The notes under the pieces were generated by a model, which saw only the letters and a list, made by a program, of their open reading frames with translations, had not been told where the DNA came from and ran no database searches. The position numbers were made by a program, and so were the translations under genes. 64,000 nt of DNA, taken from NCBI RefSeq assembly GCF_009914755.1, contig NC_060947.1; one strand, given 5' to 3'. Source of the stretch: the human T2T-CHM13v2.0 reference genome, Homo sapiens. How positions within the stretch are numbered: position 1 is the stretch's first letter; every line of letters starts with the position of its first letter. Of this stretch, positions 51,140 through 64,000 are shown in pieces.

Positions 51140-51400
51140 CTAACAATAATTGATATATTTTGAAGATTTATTATATGTCAAGCTCTATGCTTAATATTCT
51201 ACATGCATTCTTATTTAAACTTAACAAAAGCCTGCAAAATAAGTATTATTATTCCCATTTTATCTATGAGACATTGAGGTTTAAAAAGATTAAATAAGTT
51301 GCCCCAGGTCACACAGCTGACAAATGACACATAACTGAGATTCTCACCCATAGCCAACTGACTCCAGAACCCATATACTACCATTATGCTATACTGCCTA
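51140..51400 (-). mobile_element. MIR
   Basis: TATTATTCCCATTTT...ATGAGACATTGAGG...GCCCCAGGTCACACAGCT...CTGACTCCAGA. Confidence 0.8.
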
Positions 51401-51435
51401 CCAAATTCTATAGAAGTGATTTTTATATTTGCTAA

Positions 51436-51767
<332 letters not shown>

Positions 51768-52549
51768 CTAATTCTGAGATTCTGTTTGTGTGTGTAAATA
51801 TGTCTGTTTATAATATAATATGCATATACACACATAAACAGACATATTTACACACAAAAAATGTATGTGTGTATATGTCTATATCTCCATACATGAAAGA
51901 AACACATATTTATATAGCTCCATAAATAGTACATACATACACATATATATGTCTATATCTCCATACATAAAACACTAGAGATAGAAACTCCTTAATCCAA
52001 GGAAAAGGTGAGAAAAAGATGGCCCTCTCAATAGCAAAATTCAGCGCAATTTAAAATCAATACAAACTGAGAAGTGATTTGTAAAATTTTGGTTAACAAG
52101 ACATGGAAAGTGACCACCAAGTCCTATGAAGTTGACCTAGGTAGAGCTAGATAGCCTGGAAGCTATGACTGAGATGTGAAGAAACGTCAACTATCTCAAC
52201 TGTACTGTAGGTAGACTGTCTATGATGCTGAATCAGAAAAAGGGAAATCTATACAACATCTTCATTAAAAAAAAGGAGACAAATAATTGGTCTTTGTTTA
52301 TGAAGCAAAAGCACTATTTTTTAAATTATGGACTATTTTAAGCCTATAGAAAAATGCAAAAAATATTAGGAAAGAAAAACCATTTTACCTGTGAACCACT
52401 TTTGACAATTCTTAACATTTTACCATATTAGCTTCAGATCTTTTAAGAGATATAAAACATTATAGGCAGAGTTGAAGCCCCTGTGTCCCTGTGTACATCT
52501 CTATGATCCTATTCCTCTTCCCTAGAGTTAAATACTTAGAGCTAAAATG

Positions 52550-53011
52550 ATCTACCCCTACTCCCAGCTTGAACACTGGGGACTAAATTTATGTACACTT
52601 CTACCCCCAATATACCTAACTGTCTACATTAAAATGAGTCTTCCAGGAGTCTCTTGTGCAGGAAGGTGGTTTGGCCGTTCATTATAGGAACTTCCCAAGA
52701 GAATCATCAGTGTCAATAAAGTGTCAGAAGACAATTTGTGCCTTGCACTCTTCGAATACCTCTCCTTAAAATCCTCCTCTGTTTCCACTAATCCAAGACT
52801 GTTGTATTATGATACTTACCCAGTCCTAACGAAGTCCCAATATTGAAAGAGCCACTTTTAAACAAACTTTCAATTCTGAATAAATTCTGACCTTGTCTTT
52901 TCTCCTCTGAGATACTACCAAAGTTTTGGGAAGTTGGTGTTATCTCTTACCATGGTAAGCAAACAAACTCAACAGGTTATGTTGATAATACTGAGAGAAC
53001 CAGCATTCAAC
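52550..53011 (+). mobile_element. ERVL LTR, MER54/MER73/MER74-like
   Basis: ATTGAAAGA...CTCTGAGATACTACC...CTTACCATGGTAAGCAAACAAACTC...CCAGCATTCAACA terminus. Confidence 0.5.
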
Positions 53012-53253
53012 ACTACTATTTAGAATTTGTTTTATCATTATAATATATGATTTAATTTGTTTCACTACATATGTACGTATCTTAAGGTGTCATTAATTTT
53101 CACTATTGTATTACATTGCATAAGCATGTTTGATCCATTTTCCTCATGAATATTTTGCCTGATATTAATAGAGATATATCAGCTTTCTTTTGGTATCTGC
53201 CAGACACACATTTTCCATTCTTTTACTTAAAGTGTGTGTGTGCTTGTGTGTGT

Positions 53254-53535
53254 TTTGATACAGGGTCTCACTTTGTCACCCAGGCTGGAGTGCAGTGATG
53301 CAATCATAGCCCTCTGCAGCCTCGACCTCCTGGGCTCAAGTGATCCTCCCACTCAGCCTCTCAAATAAGTACGACTACAAGCACACACCACTACTCCCAA
53401 CTAATTTGTTTTTATTTTTAATATAGATGAAGTCTCATTATGTTACCCAGGCTGGTCTTCAACTCCTGGCCTCAATCGATCCTCCCACTTGGCCTCCCAA
53501 AGTGCTAGAATTACAGACATGAGCTACAGCACCCT
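53254..53535 (-). mobile_element. AluJ within an ancient antisense L1 remnant (~53130-54000)
   Basis: CAGGGTCTCACTTTGTCACCCAGGCTGG...CTCCTGGGCTCAAGTGATCCTCCC. Confidence 0.92.
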
Positions 53536-54102
53536 ACCTATGTGTGTTGTTATATTTAGGTGTATATCTTACAATTAGAATATCCGTTGGGTTTAATATT
53601 CTTATTTTATTTAAAAATGTCTCTTTTAATTGGTGCATTAAGCCCATTTATATTTATTGGGATTACCAATTTATTTAGATTTCTTACTATCACTTTGTTA
53701 TTTTTTTCTTTGCTTTTTTTTCCCCACATTTCATTCAGTTGCTTGAGTTTTTAATTTCCTTTTATTTCCTCTACTGATTTTGGAATTAAATATTCTATTT
53801 TTATTATTTTAGTGACCAGACTAAAATATTAACATATTTTATCATACTTATTGTAAAGGATAAAGTTCATCAGTATGTCTAATCTGCTGTTTTGTAACAT
53901 AGGATTACACAGTAGAATTTTTTGAGTCCAATTTCTTTCCTTTCATCTTCTATATTACTCTTGAACATTTATTTCTACTTTGTTTTAATTTTTATTTTGA
54001 TTAAAAAAATAAATCAATGAATCTCAAAAACATCACGCTAAGTAAATAAGTCTTGGACAAAGAGTACACATTTTATACTCACATTTATATAAAGTTCTAG
54101 AA

Positions 54103-56785
54103 CTCTACTGTCCAATATGGTATTTAGTAGGTACATGTGGCTATTGAGCACTTGATATATGACTAGTCCAAATTAAGATGCACTATAAGTATAAATTGCA
54201 CTTTGGATTTCAAAGACATAATATTAAAAAATGTAAAATATATCATTCAAAATTTTTGCACTGATTGTATGTTGAAAATGATAACCTTTGGGGATACATT
54301 AGATTATATAAAATACAATATTTTTATTTTTTATTGATACATAATGGATGTACATATTTTGAGGTACACCTGATAATTTAATATATTCATATAATTTGTA
54401 AAGATCAAATCAGTATAAATGTTATCCATCACCTTAAATATCTTTCAAATATCTTAATGCTAGAAACATTCCAATTATTCTCTTCTAGCGATTTTGAAAT
54501 ATACAATAGATTCTTGTAAATTATAGTCACCCTAGTGATTTATCAAACACTAGGCCTATTTCTTCCATCAGATTGTATGGCTGTACCCATTAATCAACCT
54601 CTCTTTATTCCCTCTTTCTCCCATACTCTTGGCCTTTGATAACCACCAATCTACTCTCTATCTTCATGAGATGCACTTTTTTAGCTCCTACCTATGAGTG
54701 AGAACATGCAATATTTGTCTTTCTGTGCTTGGCTTATTTCACTTAACATAATGACCTCCAGCTCCATCCAAGTTTCTGCAAATGACATGCTTTCATTCTT
54801 TTTATGCCTGAATAATATTCCATTGTGTATATATATCACATTTTCTTTATCCATTCCAATCATTGATGGGCCCTTAGGTTAAACCCATATTTTGGCTATT
54901 GTGAATAGTGCTGCAATAAACATGGGAGTGCAGATATCTCTTCAATATATTGATTTTCTTTCTTTTGAATATATGCACAGTAGTGGAATTTCTGAATCAT
55001 ACAGTAATTCTGTTTTTAGATTTTTGAGGAACCTCTCTATAGTTTCCCGTAATAGCCGTTTACTTCCTAATAGCTGTTTACTTCCAATTTAGATTCCTAT
55101 CAATAGTGTGTGTTGGGGGGAGTCCATTTCCCCCACATCCTTTTCTTCATGGTTCAATTTTGGTAGGTTATATGTGTGCAGGAATTTACCCATGTTTTCT
55201 AGGTTTTCCAGTTTGTTGGCATATAGTTGTGCCTAATAGTCTCTAATTGTTCTTTGTATTTCTGTTGTCTCAGTTTTCATTTATGATTTTATTGATTTAT
55301 ATAGTATCTCCTTTTCCTTAGTCTACCTAAAGGTTTGCTGATTTTATTTATCTTTTTTAAAAAAACAACTTGTGGTTTAATTGAGCTTTTGTATTGTTTT
55401 TTAATCTAAATTTTAGTTTTTCTCTGATGTTTATTATTTCTTTCCTTCTACTAATTTTGGGTTAGATTTTTTTTATTTTCTAGTTCTTTGAGGTGCATTG
55501 ATAGGTTTTTGAAGTCTTTCTATTTATTTGATGTAGGCATTTATTGCTATTAAGATCCCTCTTAGTGCTGCTTTTGCTATATCCCATATATTTTGGTATA
55601 TTGTATTTCCATTTTCATTTGTTTAAAGAAATTTTTTAATTTCCTTATTAATTTCTTAATTAATACAGTGGTTGTTCAAGAGAATGTTGTTTAATCTCTA
55701 CATGTTCATGAAGTTTCTAAGGTTCCTCTTGTAATTGATTGCAACTTTTGTTCCATTGTGGTCAGAAAAGATAATTGATATGATTTCTATCTTTTAAATT
55801 TTGTTGAGAATTATTATGTGACCTAAGATATGATCTATTCTGGAGAATGTTCCATGTGCTGATGAAAAGAATGTGCATTCTACAGCAGTTGTTTGAAATG
55901 TTCTGTAAACGTCAGTTAGGCCTAGCTGGTCTAGTGTGTACTTCAATTCAAATGTTTCTTTGTTTATTTCCTCCCTGGATGATCTGTCCACTACTGAAAG
56001 GAGGGTGTTAAAGCCTCCTTCTATTATTGTATTGTATTCTATCTTTCCCTCTAAATCTATGCATGTTTGCTTTGTATACTTGGAAGCTCTGGTGTTGGGT
56101 GCATAAATATTTATAATTGTCATATCTTCTTGCTAAATTGACCCCTTTATCATTATATAGTGACCTTCTTTGTCTCTTTTTACAGTCTTTAATTTGTAGT
56201 CTATTTTTATCTGATATAAGCAAAGCTACTCCTGTTCTTTTTTTGGTTTCCATTTGTCCTCAGGGATATTTATTTCTTTAGGCATTCCTGATGCTTTCAA
56301 TGGGATGAAGCAGGGACAGGTCTCCTGCCAAGGAACCCAAGATGCTGGGGAAGCTGATTGTCTACCTCTATCTCACTTTTTCCAGTGCAGAAACCATGAA
56401 TCAGGGCAAACTTTTCCATGCCTGTGGTGCAGGGCAGATTGAGTGGAAGGGCATTGTGAATATCGAAATCCTATTCTCTTACCATCTGCTCAGAGTTTTT
56501 TCACTTCTGTATGGCCATGGGAACTGTCTCATCCTCATATTTGAGCTCTGGGATAGTGCTGCTGAGAAACTTGGTACTGTATATTGGTTCTTGGGTTTTT
56601 TTTTATTGGGGAGTAAAGCCAACTTGTTTCTATCCTGCCATTTTGGAATCAAAATCCAACATGCAATATTTAAATTAATATCACCTGTTTCTTTTCACCT
56701 TTAGAATTGTGGCTAGTAGAAAATGTAAAATTACGCATGTGGCCCTGTTTTTTGCTAACATTATATTTCTATATAACAGTGCTAT
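54103..56785. mobile_element. MER33-like MITE split in two (54103-54320, 56670-56785)
   Basis: CTGTCCAATATGGTA...CATGTGGCTATTGAGCACTTGA; resumes AAATTAATATCACCTGTTTCTTTT...TGTGGCTAGTAGAAAAT. Confidence 0.75.
54321..56660 (-). mobile_element. Internally deleted L1MA-type element (5'UTR piece + endonuclease segment + 3' end)
   Basis: ORF 55794..56123(-) TIINIYAPN...FFSSAHGTFSRIDHILGH is the L1 endonuclease; L1MA 3' end at 54321-55140; CAATATTT on both flanks. Confidence 0.85.
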
Positions 56786-59700
56786 TCCTAAAAACGTTAA
56801 ACTTTTTATTGTGAAAATATCTAAAGAGTGGTTTCTTTTGGGAAGGTGGGGGAATTGACTGGTAACGTCAGGAAGAAAATTTCTGGGGTGATAAGTATGT
56901 TTTGTGGCTTGATGGAAGATAGTATTACATAGGTTTTTAATTTGTCAAAACTTGTTAATTGGTACACTTAAGATTTGTGCATTTGAATATATGTATCTTT
57001 TTCCTTGACAAAGAGCCAAAAACAAATATTAGACTGTAATGAATGATGTGCATGCTCAAGGCTTAAGGTGAATTGTATTGATATTTTCAATTTGAAGTGC
57101 ATCAACAAACAAGATGTTTTGGTGAATGGATGAAGAAACAGTTATATAATAAAGCAAATATAGCAAATTGCTAATTGTAGAATCTAGAGTGTGGGCATAC
57201 AGATGTGTATTGTATAATGCTTTAAATTTTTCGATATGTTTGGAAATGTTCATTATTAAATGATAAATCAAATAATAAATGTAGATAATTTTAAAAATTA
57301 AACAGGATTTCTGCTTCCAGATAATGGAGTAACAGGAATCAGATTTACTCTCCTGGCTGCAACGAGCAAAAAATAAAATAAAAACAGATAAAATATATGA
57401 AATAATGCTTTTCAAGGCACTAGACGTCAGAAAATGAAGAACATTAGTCTGGAGCTATGAGAAACAAATTAGGTAATCTCTATGATTGCCCTAGCTTACT
57501 CCCTTAAGATATTTTCCAGGCCATGGCACAGGAAGGATGTATTAAGGTGAAGGATACTGGACTCTTGTTGAGGATATGGAGCTGAGAGTGCAGGGAGACT
57601 AATAGAGCTAGAGCTAAGAGAACAGAGACAGAACCCCAGATACATGCAGAGAGCTCCCCTCAGGTATTCAACAGAATACTTATCAGTGCATGTATGAGAA
57701 AAATCTACCTAAGGCCAAGGAAAGAACAATGTGAAAGAATTATATTACAGGGTACAGTGCCATACACCCACAGAGGGCCAGAAATAGTGCCTATTCCCAC
57801 CAGTGAGATTAGAATAACTAATAACTTACAGAGCATTGGGTAGGGTACCAGGAAGGGCTTGCCTCAGTAGTGAAAAAATAGCCCTAGTCTGAGCTCTGCT
57901 TTGGACTCACTTAATACACCATAAAAATAAGACCTAAATGAATCTAATTGTTTCTAAGCAACTTAACTGCATCCAAGAACAAAACTCATAAAGATTTATA
58001 GGGACACACATATATCTAGCACCCAAAAAGTTAAAATTCACAATGTCTAACACTGAATCAAAGATTACTAGGTATTCAAAGAAAAAGAGACATATGACCC
58101 ATAATGAAGTGAAGAAAGGTCAATCAAAATTGACCCATAACAGACAGAGATATTAAAATTAGACAAGGACATTAAAATGGTTATTATAATGTTACTTAAT
58201 ATGTTTAACAAGTTAAATAGATATACAAAATATATAAAAAGATGACCGAAATTGAACTTCCAGAGATAAAAACGATAATGTCTGAGAAGGAAAAAAAAAT
58301 CACAGGATGGGATTCATGGAAGACTAGCCACTACAGAAGAAAAGATAAGTGCATTTGAATGTATAGCAATAGAAATTACACAAAAGACACATAGAAAAAA
58401 ATAATATTGATAAAAGAAAAGTGCATTAGTGAACTATGGGACAACAGTAAATGACCTCATATATGCACAGTGGGAATCTCTGAGGGTGTGAAGGGGAAAA
58501 AAACATATGAAGAAATAATGGCTGAAAATTTCCAACATTAATAAAAAATATAAACTCGCAAATACAAAAAACTGAAGGAGCCCAAAGCACAATAAGTACG
58601 AAGAAAACTACACTAAGATTCATCATAATCATATTGTTCAAAATAAGTGACAAAAAGAAAATCTTAAAAGCAGGCAAACCTGTCTGTTAAGGGGAACAGA
58701 TAACAATGATATCAGATTTCTTGTCAGAGAAAAATGCTATGGAAAAGATAGTGGACATCTTTAAAGTATTTTTTAAAATCTGTCAGCCTGGAATTCTATA
58801 CCTGGCAATATATTTTTCAAATACAAAATAAAGTCATTTTTAGGCATACATAACCTGAAAGAAATCATCACCAGCAGATGTCCATTGCAAGAAATATTAA
58901 AGGACATCCATCAGGCAGAAGGACAACAAAACAGATGAAAATATTGATTTAGACAAAGAGCAAACAGAAGAGAACAGGAATTGGTAACTATATGGGTAAG
59001 TATATAAGACTTTTTTCTTATTTCAACCTCTTTAAAAGACTGTTTAAACAAAAATAATAACAATGCATTGTGGGATTTGGAACATATATAAAAGTAAAAC
59101 ATGACAACAATAGCATAAAGGCTGGGAGAAAGAAATAAAAAATATAATTGTAAGGTTTTTATACTATATGTGAAATGGTATAATAGCACTTGAAGATATA
59201 CTGTAGCAAATTAAATGTATACATTATAAACCTTAAAGCAACCACTAAAATAACAAAACAAAATGTTATAGCTACTAAGCCAACAAGGAAAATAAAATAG
59301 GATCACAAAGAAAATTTGATTAATCCAAAAGAAGGTGGAAATAAAGGAAAAAGAGGGAAAAAATAGATGGGACAAATATAAACAAACAATCAGATTATAG
59401 GCTTAATCCTTACCATATTGATAGTCATATAAATTTAAATGGTCCAAACACCCAAATTAAAAGGCAGAGATTGTCATATTAGATACAATATTAAGACACA
59501 ACTATATTCTGCCTGCAGAAAATGTACTTTAAATATAAAGACACAAATATGCTAAACATAAAAGGATAGAAAAAGATATAGCATGCTAACACTATTCACA
59601 AGAAAGCTGGTGTGGTTGTATTATCTGACAAAGTAGGTTTCAGAACAGATAATACTGCCAGGTATAAAGTAAGTCATTTTATAATGATAATGGTGTGAAT

Positions 59701-60892
59701 TTATCAAGAAGATGTAACAATCCTAAATGTTTATACACTGAATAACAGAACTTCAAAACATATGAAACAAAAACTAATAGAACCACAAGGAAAAACAAAC
59801 AAACCCATGATGATAATCTAAGAATCTATATACCTCTCTCTCAATAACTGACAAAACAAGTGGGTAGAAAAATCAGCAAATGTATATAGTAGATTTGAAC
59901 AAAACTATCAACTAACTTGACCTGATTGACTTTTATAGAACACTCCACCCAACAACATTAGAATGCACTTTATTCTCAAGAACCCAGGACATATTTACTA
60001 AGATAGACCATATTCAGAACTATAAAACAGGCCTCCATAAATTAAAAAGTATCCAACTCTTGCATAGTATGTCCTCTGACCATAATGGAATTAAATCAGA
60101 AATTAATAACAAAATGATCTTTGAGGATTCCCATAATATTTGCAAATGAAATAACACACTTCTAAATAATACATGGATCAAAGAAGGAACCAAAAAGAAA
60201 ATTGGAAAGTGATTTTAACTGAATAAAAACGAAAAGACAACATATCAAAAATTACAGAATGCTACCAAAGCTGTGCTTATAAAAAATGCCTATATTAGGA
60301 AAGAAGAACAGCTTCAAATTATAATATCATTTTCTATCTTGAAAACTAGAAAAAGAAGAACAAATGAAACCTAAAGGAAATAGAAGAAAGGAAATAATGA
60401 AGATCAAAGCAGAAAACTGTGAAATAAAAAACAGAAAAGCAGCTGAAAAAGTCAATAAAACCAAAGGTAAATTCTTTGAGATCAATAAAATTGATAAACT
60501 GCTAGCCAGATTTTTCTCAGGAAAAAAGAGAGAAGACAAAAATTACAAATATCTAGAATGAGAGAAGTGTCATAATGACAGGATCTATAGATATTAAAAA
60601 GATAAGGGAACACCTTAAACAACTCTATTCCCATAAATTTAATGAATTAGGTGAAATGGGAAAATTCTTTAAAAGATGCAAATTATCAAAGCTTACTGAA
60701 GAAGAAATAGATAACCTGAAATAGCAACCTGTATACATGTTATGGTGTGTGTGTGCACATGTGTGTGTGTCTGTGTGTGTGTGTGAGAGAGAGAAGTTAA
60801 AATTATAGTTTAAAGCCTTCTCACAAAAAATCTCCAGGTCTATATGGCTTCACTGGTAAATTCTTCTATACCTTTAAAAAGTAAGTAATACC

Positions 60893-61090
60893 CACCTGGG
60901 CAACATGGCAAGACCTCGACTCTACAAAAAAAGTAAAAAATTTAGCCAGGCGTGGTGGCACAAGGCTAAAATGAGAGGGTTGCTTGAGCCCAGGATGTTG
61001 AGACTGCAGTGAACTGTGTTTGCACCATTGCATTCCAGCCTGGGCAACAGAGTAAGGCCTCATTTCAGAAACAATAAAAATAAATAAATA
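60893..61090 (+). mobile_element. 5'-truncated AluJ with internal deletion
   Basis: CCTGGGCAACATGGCAAGACC...TTGCTTGAGCCCAGGA; degenerate TSD AAGTAATACC / AAATAATACC. Confidence 0.85.
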
Positions 61091-61203
61091 AATAATACCA
61101 ATTCTACACAAACTCTTCCAAAAAAGTGAAAGGAAGAAAACACTTCCCAACTCATGCTATGACGCCATCATTACCTTGATACTGAAACCACACAAAGACA
61201 TTA

Positions 61204-61964
61204 CAGGAAAATGCTGGGTAGAGAAAGGCTGGTCCCTAGCTAGGGCTTCACCCCCACAGACCTAGGTGACGACAGGAATTTCCTGCCCAAATGTTGCATT
61301 TCCCAAGACCACCCTGGCCTGTCACACCCCTATCCTGGGCCCATAAAAACCGGAGAACCTAGTGGGCAGACACAGAAGTGGCTGGACATCGTGAGGAACA
61401 CACTGGTGGAAGAAGACACAAGCAGCTGGTCATGGAGAGCCCACCAGCCGAAGAGCACGCTGACGGGGACCGGCAGGCCATCAACCAATGGCACAATGTC
61501 AAGTTTGGCCAGAACAGTCAGAGAAGAGCCAGGCAACCAGCCCAACTACAGAGGAAAACCATCTCCCTTCTGGTTCCCCCATCTGGTGAGAGCTGCTTCT
61601 ACTCAATAAAACCTTGCACTCATTCATTCTCCAAGCCCACGTGTGATCTGATTCTTCCAGTACACCAAGGCAAGAAACCCCAGGATACAGAAAGCCCTCT
61701 GTCCTTGAGACAAGGTAGAGGGTCTAATTGAGCTGACTAACACAAGCTGCCTATAGACAGCAACCTAAAAGAGCACCCTGTAACGCACGCCCACTGGGGC
61801 TCCAGTTGTAAACATTCACCCCTAGACACTGCCGTGGGGTCGGAGCCCCACAGCCTGGCCGTCTGTATGCTTCCCTGGAGGTTTGAGCAGTGGGGCACTT
61901 TAGAAGCGAGCCACAACCCCATCACATGCCCTGCGAGGGGGACAAGGGAACCTTTCCCGTTTCA
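61204..61964 (+). mobile_element. Solo ERV1 LTR (LTR1 family)
   Basis: GC-richer block: CCCAAATGTTGCATTTCCCAAGACCACCCTGGCC...CTCAATAAAACCTTGCACTCATT...GGGAACCTTTCCCGTTTCA terminus. Confidence 0.8.
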
Positions 61965-64000
61965 CATTATGAAGAAATTCATAACAAAAATTTAGCAAAT
62001 TGAGTTCAGCAATATGTGAAAAATAGAATACATCATGACCAAATGGGTTTTATCCCAGAAATGCAAGTTTGGATGAACAGTTTTTTAAAAATCAACATAA
62101 TCAACAATATTTAAAAAACTAAAAAGGAAAAAATATATGATTATTTCAATAGACACAGAAGAAGCATTTTACAAAACCTAATAGCAGGTCATGATAAAAG
62201 CACTCAACAAACTGGGAAGAGAAGGGAACTTCCTCAACCTGATACAGTTCTCCTTCCAAAAAATCAATGGTAACATCCTATTTAGTGGTAAAAGATGAAG
62301 TGCTTTACCCCTAAGATCAGGAATAAGACAGGCAAATGTCTGCTTTTCCATTTTTATGCAACATTCTAGTCAATGTAATCAAGCAAGAAAAAATAAATAC
62401 ACAAAGACATCCAGATTGGAAAGGAAGAAGTAAAACTATATTTTCTGATGACATGATTGCCTATGCAAAATATCTGATAGAATCTACCAAAAGCATCTAC
62501 TAAGGCTAATAAATGAATTTAGCAAGGTTGCAGAACACAAGATGAATATAGATCAATTATATTGTATACAATAACAACAAACTATTGGAAATTGAAATTT
62601 AAAAAACAATAACATTTTCAATAGCATCAAAAATATGAAATCTTTAGGACTGTCTAATAAATGATGTGAAAGACCTGTACACTGATAACTGCTAAACATT
62701 GCTTGAAAGAAATTGTAGAAAACATAAATAAATAGGTAGTCCTTGTTCATGGATTGGACAACTCAATATTGTTAAGGTGTCAACTCTTTACAAAACTGAT
62801 CTATAAATTCAACACAATCCCAATCAAAATCCCAGCAGACTTTTTTTTTTCTTAGGAATTGATGAGCAGGTTTTAAACATCATAAGGAAATGCAGAAGAC
62901 CTAGAATAGCCAAAAGAATTCTGAAAATAAAATTGGGGGTAACATCTGATTTTGCAGCACTATTTGTCAATTAAAATAAAATCTATTTTTTAAAAGCTAC
63001 AGAATAAAGACAGTGTGTTATTGGCATAAAAGTAGACAAATAGGTTAATGAAACATAACAGAGTCCATACATAAACCCACCTCTATATGGACAACAGATT
63101 GTGGTTATGGACAGCAGATTTTTGACAAATATGCAAAATCAAAGGAGTGGCGAGAGAAAAGCCTTTTTAACAAATGCTGCTGAAACAATCGGATGTCCAT
63201 ATTTTGCATGATATACAAGAATTAACTCAAAATGGATCTTACATCTAAATGTAAAACCTAAAACTTCTAGAACAAAGCAGAATAAAATCTTTGTGACCTT
63301 GGGATAAGAAAAGATTTACTGAACTTGAAAACAAAAGCACAATCCATAAGAGAAAAAAAATGATAAATTGGATTTCGTCTAAATTAAAAACTTTGGATCT
63401 TCAAAAGAAACTGATAAGAGAATGAAAAACAAGCCACAGACTGTGAGAAAATCTTTGCAAAGCATGTAACTGACAAATCCAGTATTCATAAAGAACTCTC
63501 AAAACTGAAGAAAAAGATAATAACTTACCCAATTTGAAAAACTGGAAAAATATTTGAATAGACATTTCTTTGAAGATGTATGAGTGAAAAATAAGCACAT
63601 AAAAAGTTGTTTATCATCATTAGGAAAATGTAAGTTAAAACCACAATGAGATACCATTGCACAGTTATTAAAATGTCTAGAATAAAAAAGACTAACCACT
63701 TCTGGTGGCCTAACAAAACTTTTTGGGTGGTAGATAAGTTTACTATCTTGATTGTGAGGATGGTTTTATGAAATACTTATATGTACATATTTACACAAGT
63801 TTATATAAATATATATGTATATATATTCCAATTATGCACCTTTAACTATGTGCAGCTCTGACGTTGAAAGATTTCCTCATGTCTGGTGATCCTTGACTGG
63901 ATATTCATACTTAAGAATGAGACACTAAAAAGCTAAGTTTACTCACAAGCGTCACTGTATGATGATCAGACATCAGTTCAAAATCCTTAGCATGAGTAAA

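Larger units (their letters stand above)
57306..63720 (+). mobile_element. Long decayed L1M (L1MC/MD-type): 5' region, ORF1 and ORF2 remnants
   Basis: Collinear L1 motifs: GAAATAATGGCTGAAAATTCC (ORF1), AAAAGGCAGAGATTGTCA, AGATAGACCATATTC, CCAGATTGGAAAGGAAGAAGTAAAAC, AAAACCACAATGAGATACCA. Confidence 0.9.

Overview
Human (primate) genomic DNA, AT-rich, without a CpG island, and dense in old L1, L2, MIR, DNA-transposon and LTR remnants, as expected for the X chromosome. It holds one recognisable gene, SERTM2 (formerly the lncRNA LINC00890/CARDEL, Xq23). Its CDS at 41079-41351 (+) encodes a 90-aa single-pass membrane microprotein paralogous to SERTM1. Splice and polyA signals suggest two short non-coding exons (~33860-34055 and ~34219-34315) and a ~4.3 kb last exon (40296 to ~44620). 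The most unusual structures are all in this gene. (1) A non-Alu 252-bp inverted duplication (~90% identical arms, 211-nt loop) lies at 39175-39894 in the last intron; its derived arm sits inside a MER5 element and it should fold into a long dsRNA in the pre-mRNA. (2) A 783-nt 5' leader is strongly and strand-specifically depleted of ATG (2 ATG vs 11 CAT). (3) A candidate NMD-neutral 3'UTR intron starts 13 nt after the stop. Repeat family names come from remembered consensus sequences, not from a search; their boundaries are approximate.
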